DNA of 51,217 bases from Candidatus Limnocylindria bacterium. GTDB taxonomy: Bacteria; Chloroflexota; Limnocylindria; P2-11E. The DNA lies in NCBI GenBank assembly GCA_036569845.1, contig DATCPY010000180.1, positions 1 through 51,217 of the forward strand, given 5' to 3'. Every line of letters begins with the position of its first letter. Within the stretch, counting starts at the first letter, position 1. The translations under genes and the position numbers were made by a program. Positions 32,178 through 41,654 of this stretch are shown here, piece after piece. The notes beneath the pieces were generated by a model. The model made no database searches. It was given only the letters and a program-made list of their open reading frames with translations, and was not told where the DNA came from.

Positions 32178-33506
32178 TTACTCGACCGCGTAGATCTGCC
32201 AGTCCTGCGGCACGCCCTTCAGCTGCTTGCGGCCTCGATCGACGAACGCGAGATCGGATCCGGTCACAAGCTCCTTCACGGTGCTCGAGCAGAGGATCTC
32301 GCCGGTGGCGGCCTCGGCCTCGATACGTGCCGCGATGTGCACCGCGATCCCGCCGATCTCGTTCCCTCGCAGCTCGATCTCGCCGGCATGCAGACCGCAC
32401 CGGATGTCGATCCCCGCCGCTCGGAGCCGGTCGCGGATCGCCTGGGCGCAGCGGATCCCGCGCGCCGGTCCGTCGAACGTCGCGAGGACGCCGTCGCCGG
32501 TGGCGCGATGCAGCCGTCCCCGGAAGGCCTCGAGCTGAACGCGAACGATCTCGTCGTGCGTGTCGAGGACCTCCCGCCACCGGTGGTCGCCGAGCTGCGC
32601 CGCCTTGTCCGTCGAGCCGACCATGTCCGTGAGCAGCACGGTCGCGAGCACACGGTCGACATCCTGCGCGCGACGCGCACCGGTCACGAACTCCTCGATC
32701 TCGTTGAGGAGGCCGTCGCTGTCGCCGAGGTACACGAAGCCGTCCGCACCCTCGAGCTCGACGAGCTTGGCGCCAGGGATGTTGGCCGCGAGGTAGCGGC
32801 CAAGCTCCACGGGAAAGAAGCGGAACGATCGCCGGTGCAGGACCAGCGTCGGCACGTGGATGGTCGCGAGGACGTGCCGGACGTCCACGCCGAAGACCAG
32901 CTTCGCCATCGCCGTGCTTCGACCGGGGCTCGCACTCATGCGCTGATAGCGCGCCCACCACTGTTTGTAGCGCTCGTCGTCGGCGACCGATGGGCCGAAC
33001 ACATCGGCGACCCCGCCGGTGCCCCACGTCTCTTTCGTGCGTGCCAGGAAGGCAGTGACCTCGCCGTCCGTCAGGCCGATCGGATAGTCGTCGGCGCGGG
33101 TCAGCTTCGCGCCCGTGTTCACGAGGACGAGCGAGGCGGTGCGCTGCGGCTGCGTCGCGGCGAAGAGGCACGCCAGCGGGCCACTGTCGCCGACCCCGAT
33201 GATCGTCGCGCGCTCCGATCCCGCCGCGTCCATCACTGCACGAATGTCGTCCGCCCAGTCCTCCCACGTTGGATCGGCGACCTGTAGCGGATCGGACGCG
33301 CCCGAGCCCCGCTTGTCGAACACGATGAGGCGGCCCATCGTGGCCAGCCGCCGGAGCATCGCCGCGAACCGCGGCTCCTCCCAGCGGCCGTCGACGTGAC
33401 TGAACCACGCGGACATGAACACGATGTCACGCGGGCCATCGCCCACGGTCTGGTACGCGATGTGATCGTCGCCGCAGCGCGCGTAGCGCGTCTCGAGTGT
33501 CGCCAT
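32178..33506 (-). CDS. Alpha/beta-hydrolase fused to a class III adenylate/guanylate cyclase domain (LipJ/Rv1900c-like architecture)
   Basis: 442 aa. The N-terminal half is IAYQTVGDGPRDIVFM...FDKRGSGASD...GVGDSG. The C-terminal half is VLATVLLTDMVGSTDKA...GDGVLATFDGPARGIRCA...GLHAGEIE...GIAVHIAARI. Confidence 0.8.
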   Translation of the reverse strand: MATLETRYARCGDDHIAYQTVGDGPRDIVFMSAWFSHVDGRWEEPRFAAMLRRLATMGRLIVFDKRGSGASDPLQVADPTWEDWADDIRAVMDAAGSERATIIGVGDSGPLACLFAATQPQRTASLVLVNTGAKLTRADDYPIGLTDGEVTAFLARTKETWGTGGVADVFGPSVADDERYKQWWARYQRMSASPGRSTAMAKLVFGVDVRHVLATIHVPTLVLHRRSFRFFPVELGRYLAANIPGAKLVELEGADGFVYLGDSDGLLNEIEEFVTGARRAQDVDRVLATVLLTDMVGSTDKAAQLGDHRWREVLDTHDEIVRVQLEAFRGRLHRATGDGVLATFDGPARGIRCAQAIRDRLRAAGIDIRCGLHAGEIELRGNEIGGIAVHIAARIEAEAATGEILCSSTVKELVTGSDLAFVDRGRKQLKGVPQDWQIYAVE

Positions 33507-33550
33507 CGTCCCGCGAGAGGCTAGCGCGCCGCTGCCCTAGGGTACGGCCC

Positions 33551-34483
33551 GTGCCCGCCACGAAGGCTCCGCCGACGATCGTCTCGAGCGGCAATGGACG
33601 CGGCGCGCTTGGAACCGGTGTCCGCATCCTCGCGAAGGGTGGCAGCGCCCTCGACGCCGTCGAAGCATGCGCGCGGATCGTCGAGTCCGATCCGGCCGAC
33701 GACACCGTCGGATACGGCGGTCTGCCGAACGTGCTCGGCGTCGTCGAGCTCGACGCATCGATCGTCGACGGCACCACGCACGCGGCCGGGTCCGTGGCCG
33801 CGCTCACCGGATTCATGCACCCGATCACGGTGGCCCGCGCGGTGCTGGAGCGACTGCCGCACGTGATGCTGGTCGGCGCAGGCGCGGCGCGCTTCGCGCG
33901 CGAGATCGGTGCCGAGGAGGGGGAGCTGCTCACGCCGGAGTCGCGCGAGAAGTGGATCGCGCGGCTGCGGGACGCCAAACAGACCCCCGCATCGATCGCC
34001 GCGGCGAAGGCGCTCGCGCCGATCGTGCTCGAGATGGTCGAGGAGCACGGCACCGTGAACTTCATCGCGATCGACAAGCGCGGCAACGTCGCCTCGGCCG
34101 TGACGACGAGCGGCTGGGGGTTCAAGTACCCGGGCCGGGTCGGCGACTCGCCGATCATCGGTGCGGGCCACTACTCCGACAGCCGCTACGGCGGCGCGGC
34201 GTGCACCGGGTTCGGGGAGCTTGCGATGCGCAACGTCACGACGAAGACGGCCGTCGATCGTCTCGCGCGCGGAGACGGCGCAGCGGCCGTCGCCGAAGCG
34301 GCGATCGCGGACGCGAACGCGCTCGTCGGCCATGGGAGCCGCCTGAACATCGTCGTGCTCGCCGCGAACGGCGACCACGCTGCCGCGACCACGAAACGCG
34401 GCGTGCGGTACGCCTATCAGTCCGTCGGGATGACCCGGGCAGCGCTCAAGCCGCGCGCGATCGTCCGCCGCAGCTCGCGATGA
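33551..34483 (+). CDS. Ntn-hydrolase of the asparaginase-2 family (glycosylasparaginase/isoaspartyl peptidase)
   Basis: ALDAVEA......D..VGYGGLPN; autoprocessing region HGTVNFIAIDKRGN; TSGWGFKYPGRVGDSPIIGAG.Y. GTG 33551 is preceded by TAGGGT and a 7-nt spacer (leaderless geometry). The track start at 33497 would overlap the divergent cyclase gene. Confidence 0.75.
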   Translation: MPATKAPPTIVSSGNGRGALGTGVRILAKGGSALDAVEACARIVESDPADDTVGYGGLPNVLGVVELDASIVDGTTHAAGSVAALTGFMHPITVARAVLERLPHVMLVGAGAARFAREIGAEEGELLTPESREKWIARLRDAKQTPASIAAAKALAPIVLEMVEEHGTVNFIAIDKRGNVASAVTTSGWGFKYPGRVGDSPIIGAGHYSDSRYGGAACTGFGELAMRNVTTKTAVDRLARGDGAAAVAEAAIADANALVGHGSRLNIVVLAANGDHAAATTKRGVRYAYQSVGMTRAALKPRAIVRRSSR

Positions 34484-35094
34484 AGCTCCGCTGGGCGGCC
34501 TACGCGGCCTACGCGAACTCCATCACCGCGATCGCGCAGCTGCTGAGCTCCGGCGGTGACCCGAAGGCGAATGGCGTGGCTGGGCTCGTCAACAACGCGG
34601 CCGGAGTGCTGTGGGCGGCGAGCTTCGTGCCGCTCGCGTACCTCTTCTACCGCGCGTCGCGAACGCACGCCAACATCGTCAGCGCCGCCGTGTTCGGGTT
34701 CGGACTGTTCGCGTTCGGCGCGGCCGCGTTCCTCGAGATCGCGACTGCGACCGGACGGTTCACCTTCGACCAGGAGACCGTCGCGTACTACCCCGTGCTC
34801 GGCGGGATCGGCGTGTGGCTGCTCATGGCCTGCGGCATCGCGATCATGGAGACCGACCTGCCGCGCGCGCCGCTCGCCTTCGGCGCGATCATCGGCGGCC
34901 TCTGGTTCACCGCGAACGTGCTGTTCGGCGCCGGCGGCCTGCCATCGCCCACGATCGAAGGTCCGGTCAACGACCTCACCGACAGCGGCATCCTGCTGCT
35001 CGAGACGGCGTTCCTGCTGCAGCCGTTCTGGGGGCTCTGGCTCGGGCGATCGCTCCTCGCGCCGCCGGCAGCTCGGACGCCTGCTCGGCCCTAG
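34480..35094 (+). CDS. Hypothetical integral membrane protein (about 5 TM)
   Basis: This is the tail of track ORF 33667..35094. ATG 34480 sits in an ATGA overlap with the asparaginase stop. The product MKLRWAAYAAYANSITAIAQ... is hydrophobic throughout. Confidence 0.55.
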   Translation: MKLRWAAYAAYANSITAIAQLLSSGGDPKANGVAGLVNNAAGVLWAASFVPLAYLFYRASRTHANIVSAAVFGFGLFAFGAAAFLEIATATGRFTFDQETVAYYPVLGGIGVWLLMACGIAIMETDLPRAPLAFGAIIGGLWFTANVLFGAGGLPSPTIEGPVNDLTDSGILLLETAFLLQPFWGLWLGRSLLAPPAARTPARP

Positions 35095-35840
35095 TTGAGC
35101 TGGGGGCCGAAGCTCCGCCACAGCAGGTTCGCGACGGACAGCACGAGCAGCACGACGATGAGCTGACGGAACCGCTTCTGGTCGAGCCGGCTGCGGAAGT
35201 AGATGCCGGCCATGAGCGCGAGCAGCGTCGGGACCAACCCGATCAGACCGATCGCGACGATGTCGGGTGTGTACAGGCCCAGCAGCGCGTAGCCGATGAG
35301 CTGCACGACCGCGTTCAGCTGGAAGACCGACGCGACGGCGAGGACGTAGTCCCGCGGATCGAGCTTCCGCGCATGCAGATACGAGCCGATGAGCGGGCTC
35401 GCGATCGAGGTCGTCCCCTGCAGCACCCCGCTGAAGAATCCGACCGCGGGGCCGGCCACGCGCGCACGGCGCGCGCCAGGATCACCGAGCAGGCGCTCTC
35501 CGCGCGACAGGAAGACCACGACCATCAACGAGATCAGGATGGCGAAGGTCCGCTGGTCCAGCAGCGCGAGGAGATTCACGCCGAGGGCTGTGCCGATCGC
35601 GCTCGCGACCAGGATCCAGGCGAGACCGCGAAGCACCTCGATCCGCCGCCAGCCCTGGACGACCAGAAGCGTGTTCGCGACGAAGATGGGGATCGTCACG
35701 ATGACGACCGCGGCCTTGGGACCGAAGACCCCCGCGAGGATCGGCGTGGCCAGCAGCGGCAGGCCCATCCCCGTCGTGCCCTTCGCGAAGCCGGCGATCG
35801 CGAGACCGACGACCAGGATCAGGAGATCGCCGGTGCTCAT
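35091..35840 (-). CDS. TauE/SafE-family (DUF81) sulfite/organosulfonate exporter
   Basis: 249 aa with 7-8 TM helices. FAKGTTGMGLPLLATPIL... and a second GVLQGTTSIASP repeat, typical of TauE/SafE. Confidence 0.8.
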   Translation of the reverse strand: MSTGDLLILVVGLAIAGFAKGTTGMGLPLLATPILAGVFGPKAAVVIVTIPIFVANTLLVVQGWRRIEVLRGLAWILVASAIGTALGVNLLALLDQRTFAILISLMVVVFLSRGERLLGDPGARRARVAGPAVGFFSGVLQGTTSIASPLIGSYLHARKLDPRDYVLAVASVFQLNAVVQLIGYALLGLYTPDIVAIGLIGLVPTLLALMAGIYFRSRLDQKRFRQLIVVLLVLSVANLLWRSFGPQLN

Positions 35841-35874
35841 GCGCGCTCGCCGGCGAGCGCCCTCCGGTACAGGC

Positions 35875-36663
35875 TCACCACATGCTGGTGAGCATGCCGC
35901 CGTCCACCTGCAGGCTCACGCCCGTGATGTACGACGCGCGCGGGGATGCGAGGAACACCGCGGCCGCCGCGAACTCTTCCGGCCGGCCATAGCGGCCGAG
36001 CGGGATGACGCCCTTCTCGAAGCGCTCCTGGATCCGTTCCACCGGGACGCCCTCGCGCTTGGCGGTATCGGCGTCGAGCTCCGCGATCCGTTCGGTGGAG
36101 ATCCGCCCCGGCTGGATCGCGTTCACCCGGATCCCGTCCGCGGCGAGCTCGGTCGAGAGCGTCTTGAGCAGGCCGTGCACCGCGGCGCGCAGTCCGTTGG
36201 ACAGCATGAGCGTCCCATACGCGGGCGAGCCCGGCTGCCGGACGGACGTCGACGTCGAGAACACGATCGAGCCTCTCGACGTCTTCAGCTCGGGCACCGC
36301 AAGACGGGTCAGCCGTACCGCCGAGAGGAGCGTCAGCTCGAACGCCTTCTGCCACGCCGCGTCGTCGAGGTCCGCGAAGGTGCCGGGCTTCGGACCGCCG
36401 GCATTCACGATGAGGATGTCGATCCCGCCGAGCGCGCTCGTGGCCCCTTCGACGAACGCGCGGCAGCCGGCCTCGGTGCTGACGTCCGCGGCGATGCCGA
36501 TCGCAGCACCGATCTCCTTCGCCACCTGCTCGATGCGCTCGCGCTCCCTCGAGCAGATCGCGACGCGTGCGCCTTCCTTCACGAACTCCGCGGCGATCGC
36601 GCGCCCGAGCCCCTTGCTCGCGGCCGCGACGAGGACGCGCTTGCCGTCGAGGCCGAGGTCCAC
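35875..36663 (-). CDS. SDR-family oxidoreductase (FabG-like)
   Basis: 262 aa. The cofactor-binding motif is a degenerate VAAASKGLG rather than the classical TGxxxGxG. The NAG motif is present. I did not verify the YxxxK catalytic motif. ...PGRISTER. Confidence 0.8.
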   Translation of the reverse strand: MDLGLDGKRVLVAAASKGLGRAIAAEFVKEGARVAICSRERERIEQVAKEIGAAIGIAADVSTEAGCRAFVEGATSALGGIDILIVNAGGPKPGTFADLDDAAWQKAFELTLLSAVRLTRLAVPELKTSRGSIVFSTSTSVRQPGSPAYGTLMLSNGLRAAVHGLLKTLSTELAADGIRVNAIQPGRISTERIAELDADTAKREGVPVERIQERFEKGVIPLGRYGRPEEFAAAAVFLASPRASYITGVSLQVDGGMLTSMW

Positions 36664-36665
36664 CG

Positions 36666-37466
36666 CTAGCTGAGGGCGCCGAGCGCGACGGCCACCAGGA
36701 TCACGACCGCGAGCGCGACGCGGTAGATGACGAAGATGTTCAGCGAGTGCGTCCGGAGGTACCGGACCATGAACGCGACCGCCGCGAGGCCGGAGAGGAA
36801 CGACACGGCGAAGCCGATCGCGACGACGTCGAGCTCCGCCGTGAGGCCCGAGAGCTTCCGCGCGTCGAGCAGGGTCTTCAGCGCCGCGCCGAGGATGATC
36901 GGCGTCGAGAGCAGGAACGCGAGGCGCGTGGCGTCGGGACGTTCGAGCCCGCGGAACAGGCCGGCGGAGATCGTGACGCCCGAGCGCGAGATGCCTGGCA
37001 GGAGCGCGATCGCCTGCGCCGCGCCGACGACCAGCGCGTCGGTGAGGGTCACGCGGTCGAAGCGGCGCCGGCGCGTGCCGAGACGTTCGGCCAGGACGAA
37101 GATGGCAGAGCCGACGAGCAGCCCCGCCGCGATGTACAGGACGCTCCGGAACGTCGTCGATACCGCGCTCTCGAACAGCACGCCGGCGATGGCCGCCGGG
37201 ATCGTTCCGACGATGATCACGAGTGGCAGGCGCCAGCGGCCGTGCAGCACATCGTTCAGCAGTCCGATCCAGGTGGTCGCGAAGTACAGCAGCACCGCGA
37301 GCGCCGTCCCGAGATGGAGCGCGACGTCGAAGCTCAGCCCGAACTTCTCGGGGTCGAGCTTCAGGGCATCGGACACGAGGATCAGGTGCGCGGTCGAGCT
37401 CACCGGCAGGAACTCGGTCAGCCCCTGCACCAGGCCGAGGATGATGGCGGCGAGCTGGTCACTCAC
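36666..37466 (-). CDS. uppP: Undecaprenyl-diphosphate phosphatase
   Basis: 266 aa with GLVQGLTEFLPVSSTAHL and GISRSGVTISAG motifs, diagnostic of BacA/UppP. Confidence 0.9.
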   Translation of the reverse strand: MSDQLAAIILGLVQGLTEFLPVSSTAHLILVSDALKLDPEKFGLSFDVALHLGTALAVLLYFATTWIGLLNDVLHGRWRLPLVIIVGTIPAAIAGVLFESAVSTTFRSVLYIAAGLLVGSAIFVLAERLGTRRRRFDRVTLTDALVVGAAQAIALLPGISRSGVTISAGLFRGLERPDATRLAFLLSTPIILGAALKTLLDARKLSGLTAELDVVAIGFAVSFLSGLAAVAFMVRYLRTHSLNIFVIYRVALAVVILVAVALGALS

Positions 37467-38300
37467 TCAGCGGATGTTCGCACGCGCAGCCCGGAGCGCG
37501 TCGTGGGCCTCTCTCTCGTGCCCGAGCACGGCCTCCAGGGCCTTGGCGATCCCGCGGCGGTGGCCGGGATCGAGGAACCGCATCGCGACCGACGGATCGA
37601 ACGGCTTGGTGCCAAGCTTCTCGAGGGCCTCGACGACGTAGCCGTACGACTCCGCGGCGCTGAGGAGATCCCCGCCCGGCGTCGCGATGAGCGAGCGCAG
37701 CCCGCGCAGGAAGCGCCCAGCGGCCCGGCGCTTGTCCGCGAGGACGACCCGCATCGCATGTTCGGCGAAGGCGGCAGTTCCGGCGTGCTTCGTGTCGGCC
37801 CACCGGGCGTCATCGCGGAGCGCCACCGCCCAGCCGGCCAGCGCCGCCTCGGAGCCGGCCGCGCGGGCGATCCCGGCGTCGAGGCCGTCGATCGCGACCC
37901 GCGTTCGGTCGGCTGCGGGCGCCCGGTCGAGAAAGACGGGGCCGCCGTGCTCGGCGTCCTGGAAGTCGGGCCACGCGATCTCGCTCGGCTTGTCGTCCTT
38001 GTCGAAGAACGTGCGCACGAGGAAGTGATCGTCGTCGACGTATCCGACGATGAGGCCGTACTCGGGCGGTCCGACGGCTCCGCGGATCAAGGGCGGGAGC
38101 TTGTCGTCGATCGCTTCGCGGATCCGAGATCCAACGAGTGCGCGGAGCTCCTCGTCGTATGGCGGCGGCACGTCGTCGAGCTTCACGCCGGCGGCGCGCG
38201 CCGCCAGGGCGAGCGTCTCGGGGTCGCGCGGTGTCGCGGCGAGCGGATCGAATCCCTCGAGGTCGATGGTCGCGTCGAACGCCGCGCCTGATGCGCCCAT
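37467..38300 (-). CDS. Conserved-looking hypothetical protein directly downstream of pmbA; N-terminus may extend to CTG 38408
   Basis: 277 aa from ATG 38300. The reading frame stays open and protein-like for 50 more codons upstream (SPSCPSEAPDGEPDGELTKLLKDIAPLHFGAGRECSFPAVLSTATKAEYDWL) with no canonical start. Its stop abuts the uppP start. Confidence 0.55.
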   Translation of the reverse strand: MGASGAAFDATIDLEGFDPLAATPRDPETLALAARAAGVKLDDVPPPYDEELRALVGSRIREAIDDKLPPLIRGAVGPPEYGLIVGYVDDDHFLVRTFFDKDDKPSEIAWPDFQDAEHGGPVFLDRAPAADRTRVAIDGLDAGIARAAGSEAALAGWAVALRDDARWADTKHAGTAAFAEHAMRVVLADKRRAAGRFLRGLRSLIATPGGDLLSAAESYGYVVEALEKLGTKPFDPSVAMRFLDPGHRRGIAKALEAVLGHEREAHDALRAARANIR

Positions 38301-38427
38301 CAGCCAGTCGTACTCGGCCTTCGTGGCGGTGGACAGTACGGCGGGGAAGCTGCATTCGCGGCCCGCGCCGAAGTGCAGCGGCGCGATGTCCTTGAGCAGC
38401 TTCGTCAGCTCGCCGTCCGGCTCACCG

Positions 38428-39780
38428 TCAGGCGCCTCCGATGGACAGCTCGGAGATCACGAACGTCGGACTGCCGAGGCCCGACGAGCCGAACGTGAGG
38501 TCGTCCGCGACGCCGGTGATCGCGGAGAGCAGGGTCGTGAGATTGCCGGCGATGGTGATGCCCTGCACCGGGTACCTGCGCTCGCCCTTCTCGAGGTACT
38601 CGCCGGTCGCGCCCAGGGAGAACTCGCCTGAGATCGGATCGATCGTGTGAAGGTTGAGCAGCGACGTGATCCGCAGTGACCGGTCGAGGCTCTTGACCAA
38701 GTCTTCGGGCGCGATCGCGCCGGGCGCGAGGTGGAAGTTCGCCGCGCCGATCCGGCTCGGCGCCGCGTACGACCCGCGCCGCGCGTTGCCGGTCGGCGGC
38801 TGGTCCATCTTCTTCGACGTCTTGAGTGACGAGAGATAGCCGCGGAGCACCCCCTTGTCGACGAGGGTCCGCGTGGTCGTCGCGACGCCCTCACCGTCGA
38901 ACGGCGCGCTGCGCAGTGCGCCCGGGGTGCGCGCGTCGTCGACGATCGTGACGCGTTCGCTCGCGACGGGCTCGCCGAGCTTGCCGGCGAAGAGGCTCTT
39001 GCCCTTGATGACCGAATCGGCGGAGAACAACGGCACGAGCGCGCCAAGGAGCGACATGCCCATGTACGGATCGAGCACGATCGGGAGGGTCTGGGTCTTG
39101 AACGGCTGCGCGCCGAGCTTGCCGACGGCCAGCTCCGCGGCGCGCCGCCCCACGGCCTCCGGATCGACGGCCGCGAAGGTCCGCTTGGCCTCCCCGTGAT
39201 AGCCGATCTGACGCTCCTCGCCCGCGGTCGCGACCACGGACGTGCCGACACTGAAGTACGTCTCGCGGTACGAGCCGCGGACGTCGGCGGTCGTTGCGAC
39301 GATGGTGGTCATCGTGCCGTCGCTGTACGTCGTCTTTCGGAACCCGCTGATGCGCGGATCCACGTTCTTCGCGGCGCGCTCCACGGCGAGCGCGACGTTC
39401 GTGCGCTCCATGACCGAGCGGCCGTCGATGCCCGCTTCGTACAAGCCGAGGTCGGGGCTTTCGATCTTGCGTGTCGCGATCGAGACGTCGGGGTCGGGCT
39501 CGGTCACCTCCGCGATGTCCCGCGCGGCGGTCACGCACTCCTCGATCCCGTTGGCCGACAGGTCGCTCGAATAGGCGAACCCGACGTGACCGCCGCGGAG
39601 CACGCGGACGCCGATGCCCCGCTCGCCACGCGTGATCGCATTCTCGACGTCACCGTCGCGCACCTCGATCGAGGTCGACTGGCCGTCGCGCAGGAACACC
39701 TCGCCGCCATCGACCCGCAGCCCCTTGATCGAGCCGATCGCGCGATCGACCACAGCCTCGTTGGTCAGCTTCTCGCTCAC
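38428..39780 (-). CDS. pmbA: PmbA/TldE-family metalloprotease subunit
   Basis: VSEKLTNEAVVDRAI...GIGVRVL.GGHVGFAYSSDL... plus a C-terminal ...GEFSLGATGEYLEKGE..YPVQGITIAGN. GTG 39780 forms a GTGA overlap with the tldD stop. The track ORF's 75 extra N-terminal codons are Arg/Pro junk. Confidence 0.85.
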   Translation of the reverse strand: MSEKLTNEAVVDRAIGSIKGLRVDGGEVFLRDGQSTSIEVRDGDVENAITRGERGIGVRVLRGGHVGFAYSSDLSANGIEECVTAARDIAEVTEPDPDVSIATRKIESPDLGLYEAGIDGRSVMERTNVALAVERAAKNVDPRISGFRKTTYSDGTMTTIVATTADVRGSYRETYFSVGTSVVATAGEERQIGYHGEAKRTFAAVDPEAVGRRAAELAVGKLGAQPFKTQTLPIVLDPYMGMSLLGALVPLFSADSVIKGKSLFAGKLGEPVASERVTIVDDARTPGALRSAPFDGEGVATTTRTLVDKGVLRGYLSSLKTSKKMDQPPTGNARRGSYAAPSRIGAANFHLAPGAIAPEDLVKSLDRSLRITSLLNLHTIDPISGEFSLGATGEYLEKGERRYPVQGITIAGNLTTLLSAITGVADDLTFGSSGLGSPTFVISELSIGGA

Positions 39781-41180
39781 TTGGGGGTGTCCTTGACCTT
39801 GCCGCCGACGACGACGCTCGGGATGCGGAGGGTCGGCTGGGCGTCGGCCACCGGCGCGCCCTGGCCATCTTTGCCGCATGTCCCCACCGAATAGCCGAGG
39901 TCCGTCCCGACCATGTCGATCTCGCTCATGAGCTTGGGGCCCTGGCCGACGAGCGTCGCGCCGCGCAGCGGCTCGGCCTGCTTGCCGTCGCGGATGCGGT
40001 AGCACTCAGTGATCTCGAACGCGAAGTTGCCGCTCACCACGTCGACCTGTCCGCCGCCCATTCCCTTGACGAAGATGCCGTCCGGCACGGAGGCGAGGAT
40101 CGCCGCGGGGTCCGATGTGCCGCGCGCGATCATCGTCGTCGTCATCCGGCAGATCGGCAGGTGCCGGAACGATTCGCGCCGGCCATTGCCGCTTTCGGGG
40201 ATTCCCAGCTTCCGGGCGTGCTTCTTGTCGCTGAGGTATGTCTTCAGGATCCCGTTCTCGATGAGCACGGTGCGGTGGGTCTGGGTCCCCTCGTCGTCCA
40301 TCGCCTGCGTGCCGCGCTTGCCTGGGTCGGTGCCGTCGTCGATGACGGTGATCAGCTCGCTCGCGACCTTCTGACCGAGCCGGCCGGAATAGACGGACAT
40401 GCCCTTGAGGTTCAGATCGGCTTCGAGCCCATGGCCGACCGACTCGTGGATGAGCGTGCCGCCGGCATCGCTCGCGAGCACGACGGTGTACGTCCCCGCG
40501 GGCGCAGGCGTGGCGGCGACGTTCTGGACCGCAAGGCGTGCCGCGGTGTCGGTCGTCTCGAGGACCGCGGCTTCCGTGAGCATCTCGAAGCCTTCGGTGC
40601 CGGCCTTCGCCTTGTAGCCGGACTCGAGCACCTCGCCCTGCTTCGCGGTGACGAGGACGCCCAACACGAGCCGCGTCCTGGTGTCCTTCCGGAACCGGCC
40701 CTCGCTGTTCGCGACGACGACGTCCTGGACGCTCTCGCGGTACAGCACCGTCACCTGATGCACCCGCGGATCGAATGCCCGCGCGCGCTCGTTCGCGAGC
40801 TTCATGAGCTCGACCTTGCGCTCGATCGGCACCGTCCGCGGATCGATCTGCACCACAGAGGGGCGGGGAAGCGTGTCGGCGGAGATCGCCGCCACCTCGT
40901 GGACGCCGCCGTCGTCCCCGATCGCGGCCGCCGCGCGACCCGCGATCGCAAGGAGATCGTCCCCATCGTTCACGTTCCCGTTGGCGTACACGCCGCGATC
41001 GCCCGTCGCGACACGGATGCCCGCGCCCTGATCCACGCCGGTGATGGCGTCCTCGAGCTTGTTGTCATCGAGGGTCAAGGTCACGACGTTCGAGCGCTCC
41101 CAGAACAGCTCGGCCCAGTCACCGCCGCGAGACAGCGCGGTGCGCAGCGCGCGAGCAGCATCCGTCTCGGTGACGGTCAT
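39777..41180 (-). CDS. tldD: TldD-family metalloprotease
   Basis: 467 aa. GAGIRV..GDR.GVYA and the zinc motif HESVGHGLEADL. C-terminal GNFAFEITECYRIRDGK. An alternative ATC start at 41207 has a perfect Shine-Dalgarno (see findings). Confidence 0.9.
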   Translation of the reverse strand: MTVTETDAARALRTALSRGGDWAELFWERSNVVTLTLDDNKLEDAITGVDQGAGIRVATGDRGVYANGNVNDGDDLLAIAGRAAAAIGDDGGVHEVAAISADTLPRPSVVQIDPRTVPIERKVELMKLANERARAFDPRVHQVTVLYRESVQDVVVANSEGRFRKDTRTRLVLGVLVTAKQGEVLESGYKAKAGTEGFEMLTEAAVLETTDTAARLAVQNVAATPAPAGTYTVVLASDAGGTLIHESVGHGLEADLNLKGMSVYSGRLGQKVASELITVIDDGTDPGKRGTQAMDDEGTQTHRTVLIENGILKTYLSDKKHARKLGIPESGNGRRESFRHLPICRMTTTMIARGTSDPAAILASVPDGIFVKGMGGGQVDVVSGNFAFEITECYRIRDGKQAEPLRGATLVGQGPKLMSEIDMVGTDLGYSVGTCGKDGQGAPVADAQPTLRIPSVVVGGKVKDTPK

Positions 41181-41237
41181 GGTGCGGGGCAGCGTGACGG
41201 TAGAGATGGTTCGCTCCTCCCCTAGAGGGGTCGCAGT

Positions 41238-41654
41238 TTAGCCCGCGCGCTCGCCGATGACCGTGACGGTCGCGCTCCGCGTGCGCGGACCATCGAACTC
41301 CGCGAAGTAGATCCCCTGCCACCGGCCGAGGTCGAGGCCCCCATCTCTGATCGCGACGGTCACATCGCCGCCGACGACGACCGACTTGATGTGCGCGGGT
41401 CCGTTTCCCTCCGCGTGGCGGTAGTCACCCTGGTCGGGCACCAGCCGCTCGAGTGTCGTGAGCAGATCGCGCTGCACGTCCGGGTCGGCGTTCTCGTTGA
41501 TGAAGATCGCGGCGGTCGTGTGCGTGACGGTCACCACGCAGAGGCCATCACGGATCTTCGACTCCTGCACCTTCTCGGCGATCCGCTCGGTGATGTCGAT
41601 GGTCTCGGTCTTCTTCTGCGTGTCGATCCGCAGACCGAGATGGACGGTCGTCAT
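41238..41654 (-). CDS. yjbQ: YjbQ/UPF0047 family protein (secondary thiamine-phosphate synthase fold)
   Basis: 138 aa. DIT..I...V.ES.IRDGLCVVTVTHTTAAIFINENADPDV..DL...L..LVP....Y.H...GNGPAHIK...LGRWQGIYFAEFDGPR.R. Confidence 0.85.
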   Translation of the reverse strand: MTTVHLGLRIDTQKKTETIDITERIAEKVQESKIRDGLCVVTVTHTTAAIFINENADPDVQRDLLTTLERLVPDQGDYRHAEGNGPAHIKSVVVGGDVTVAIRDGGLDLGRWQGIYFAEFDGPRTRSATVTVIGERAG

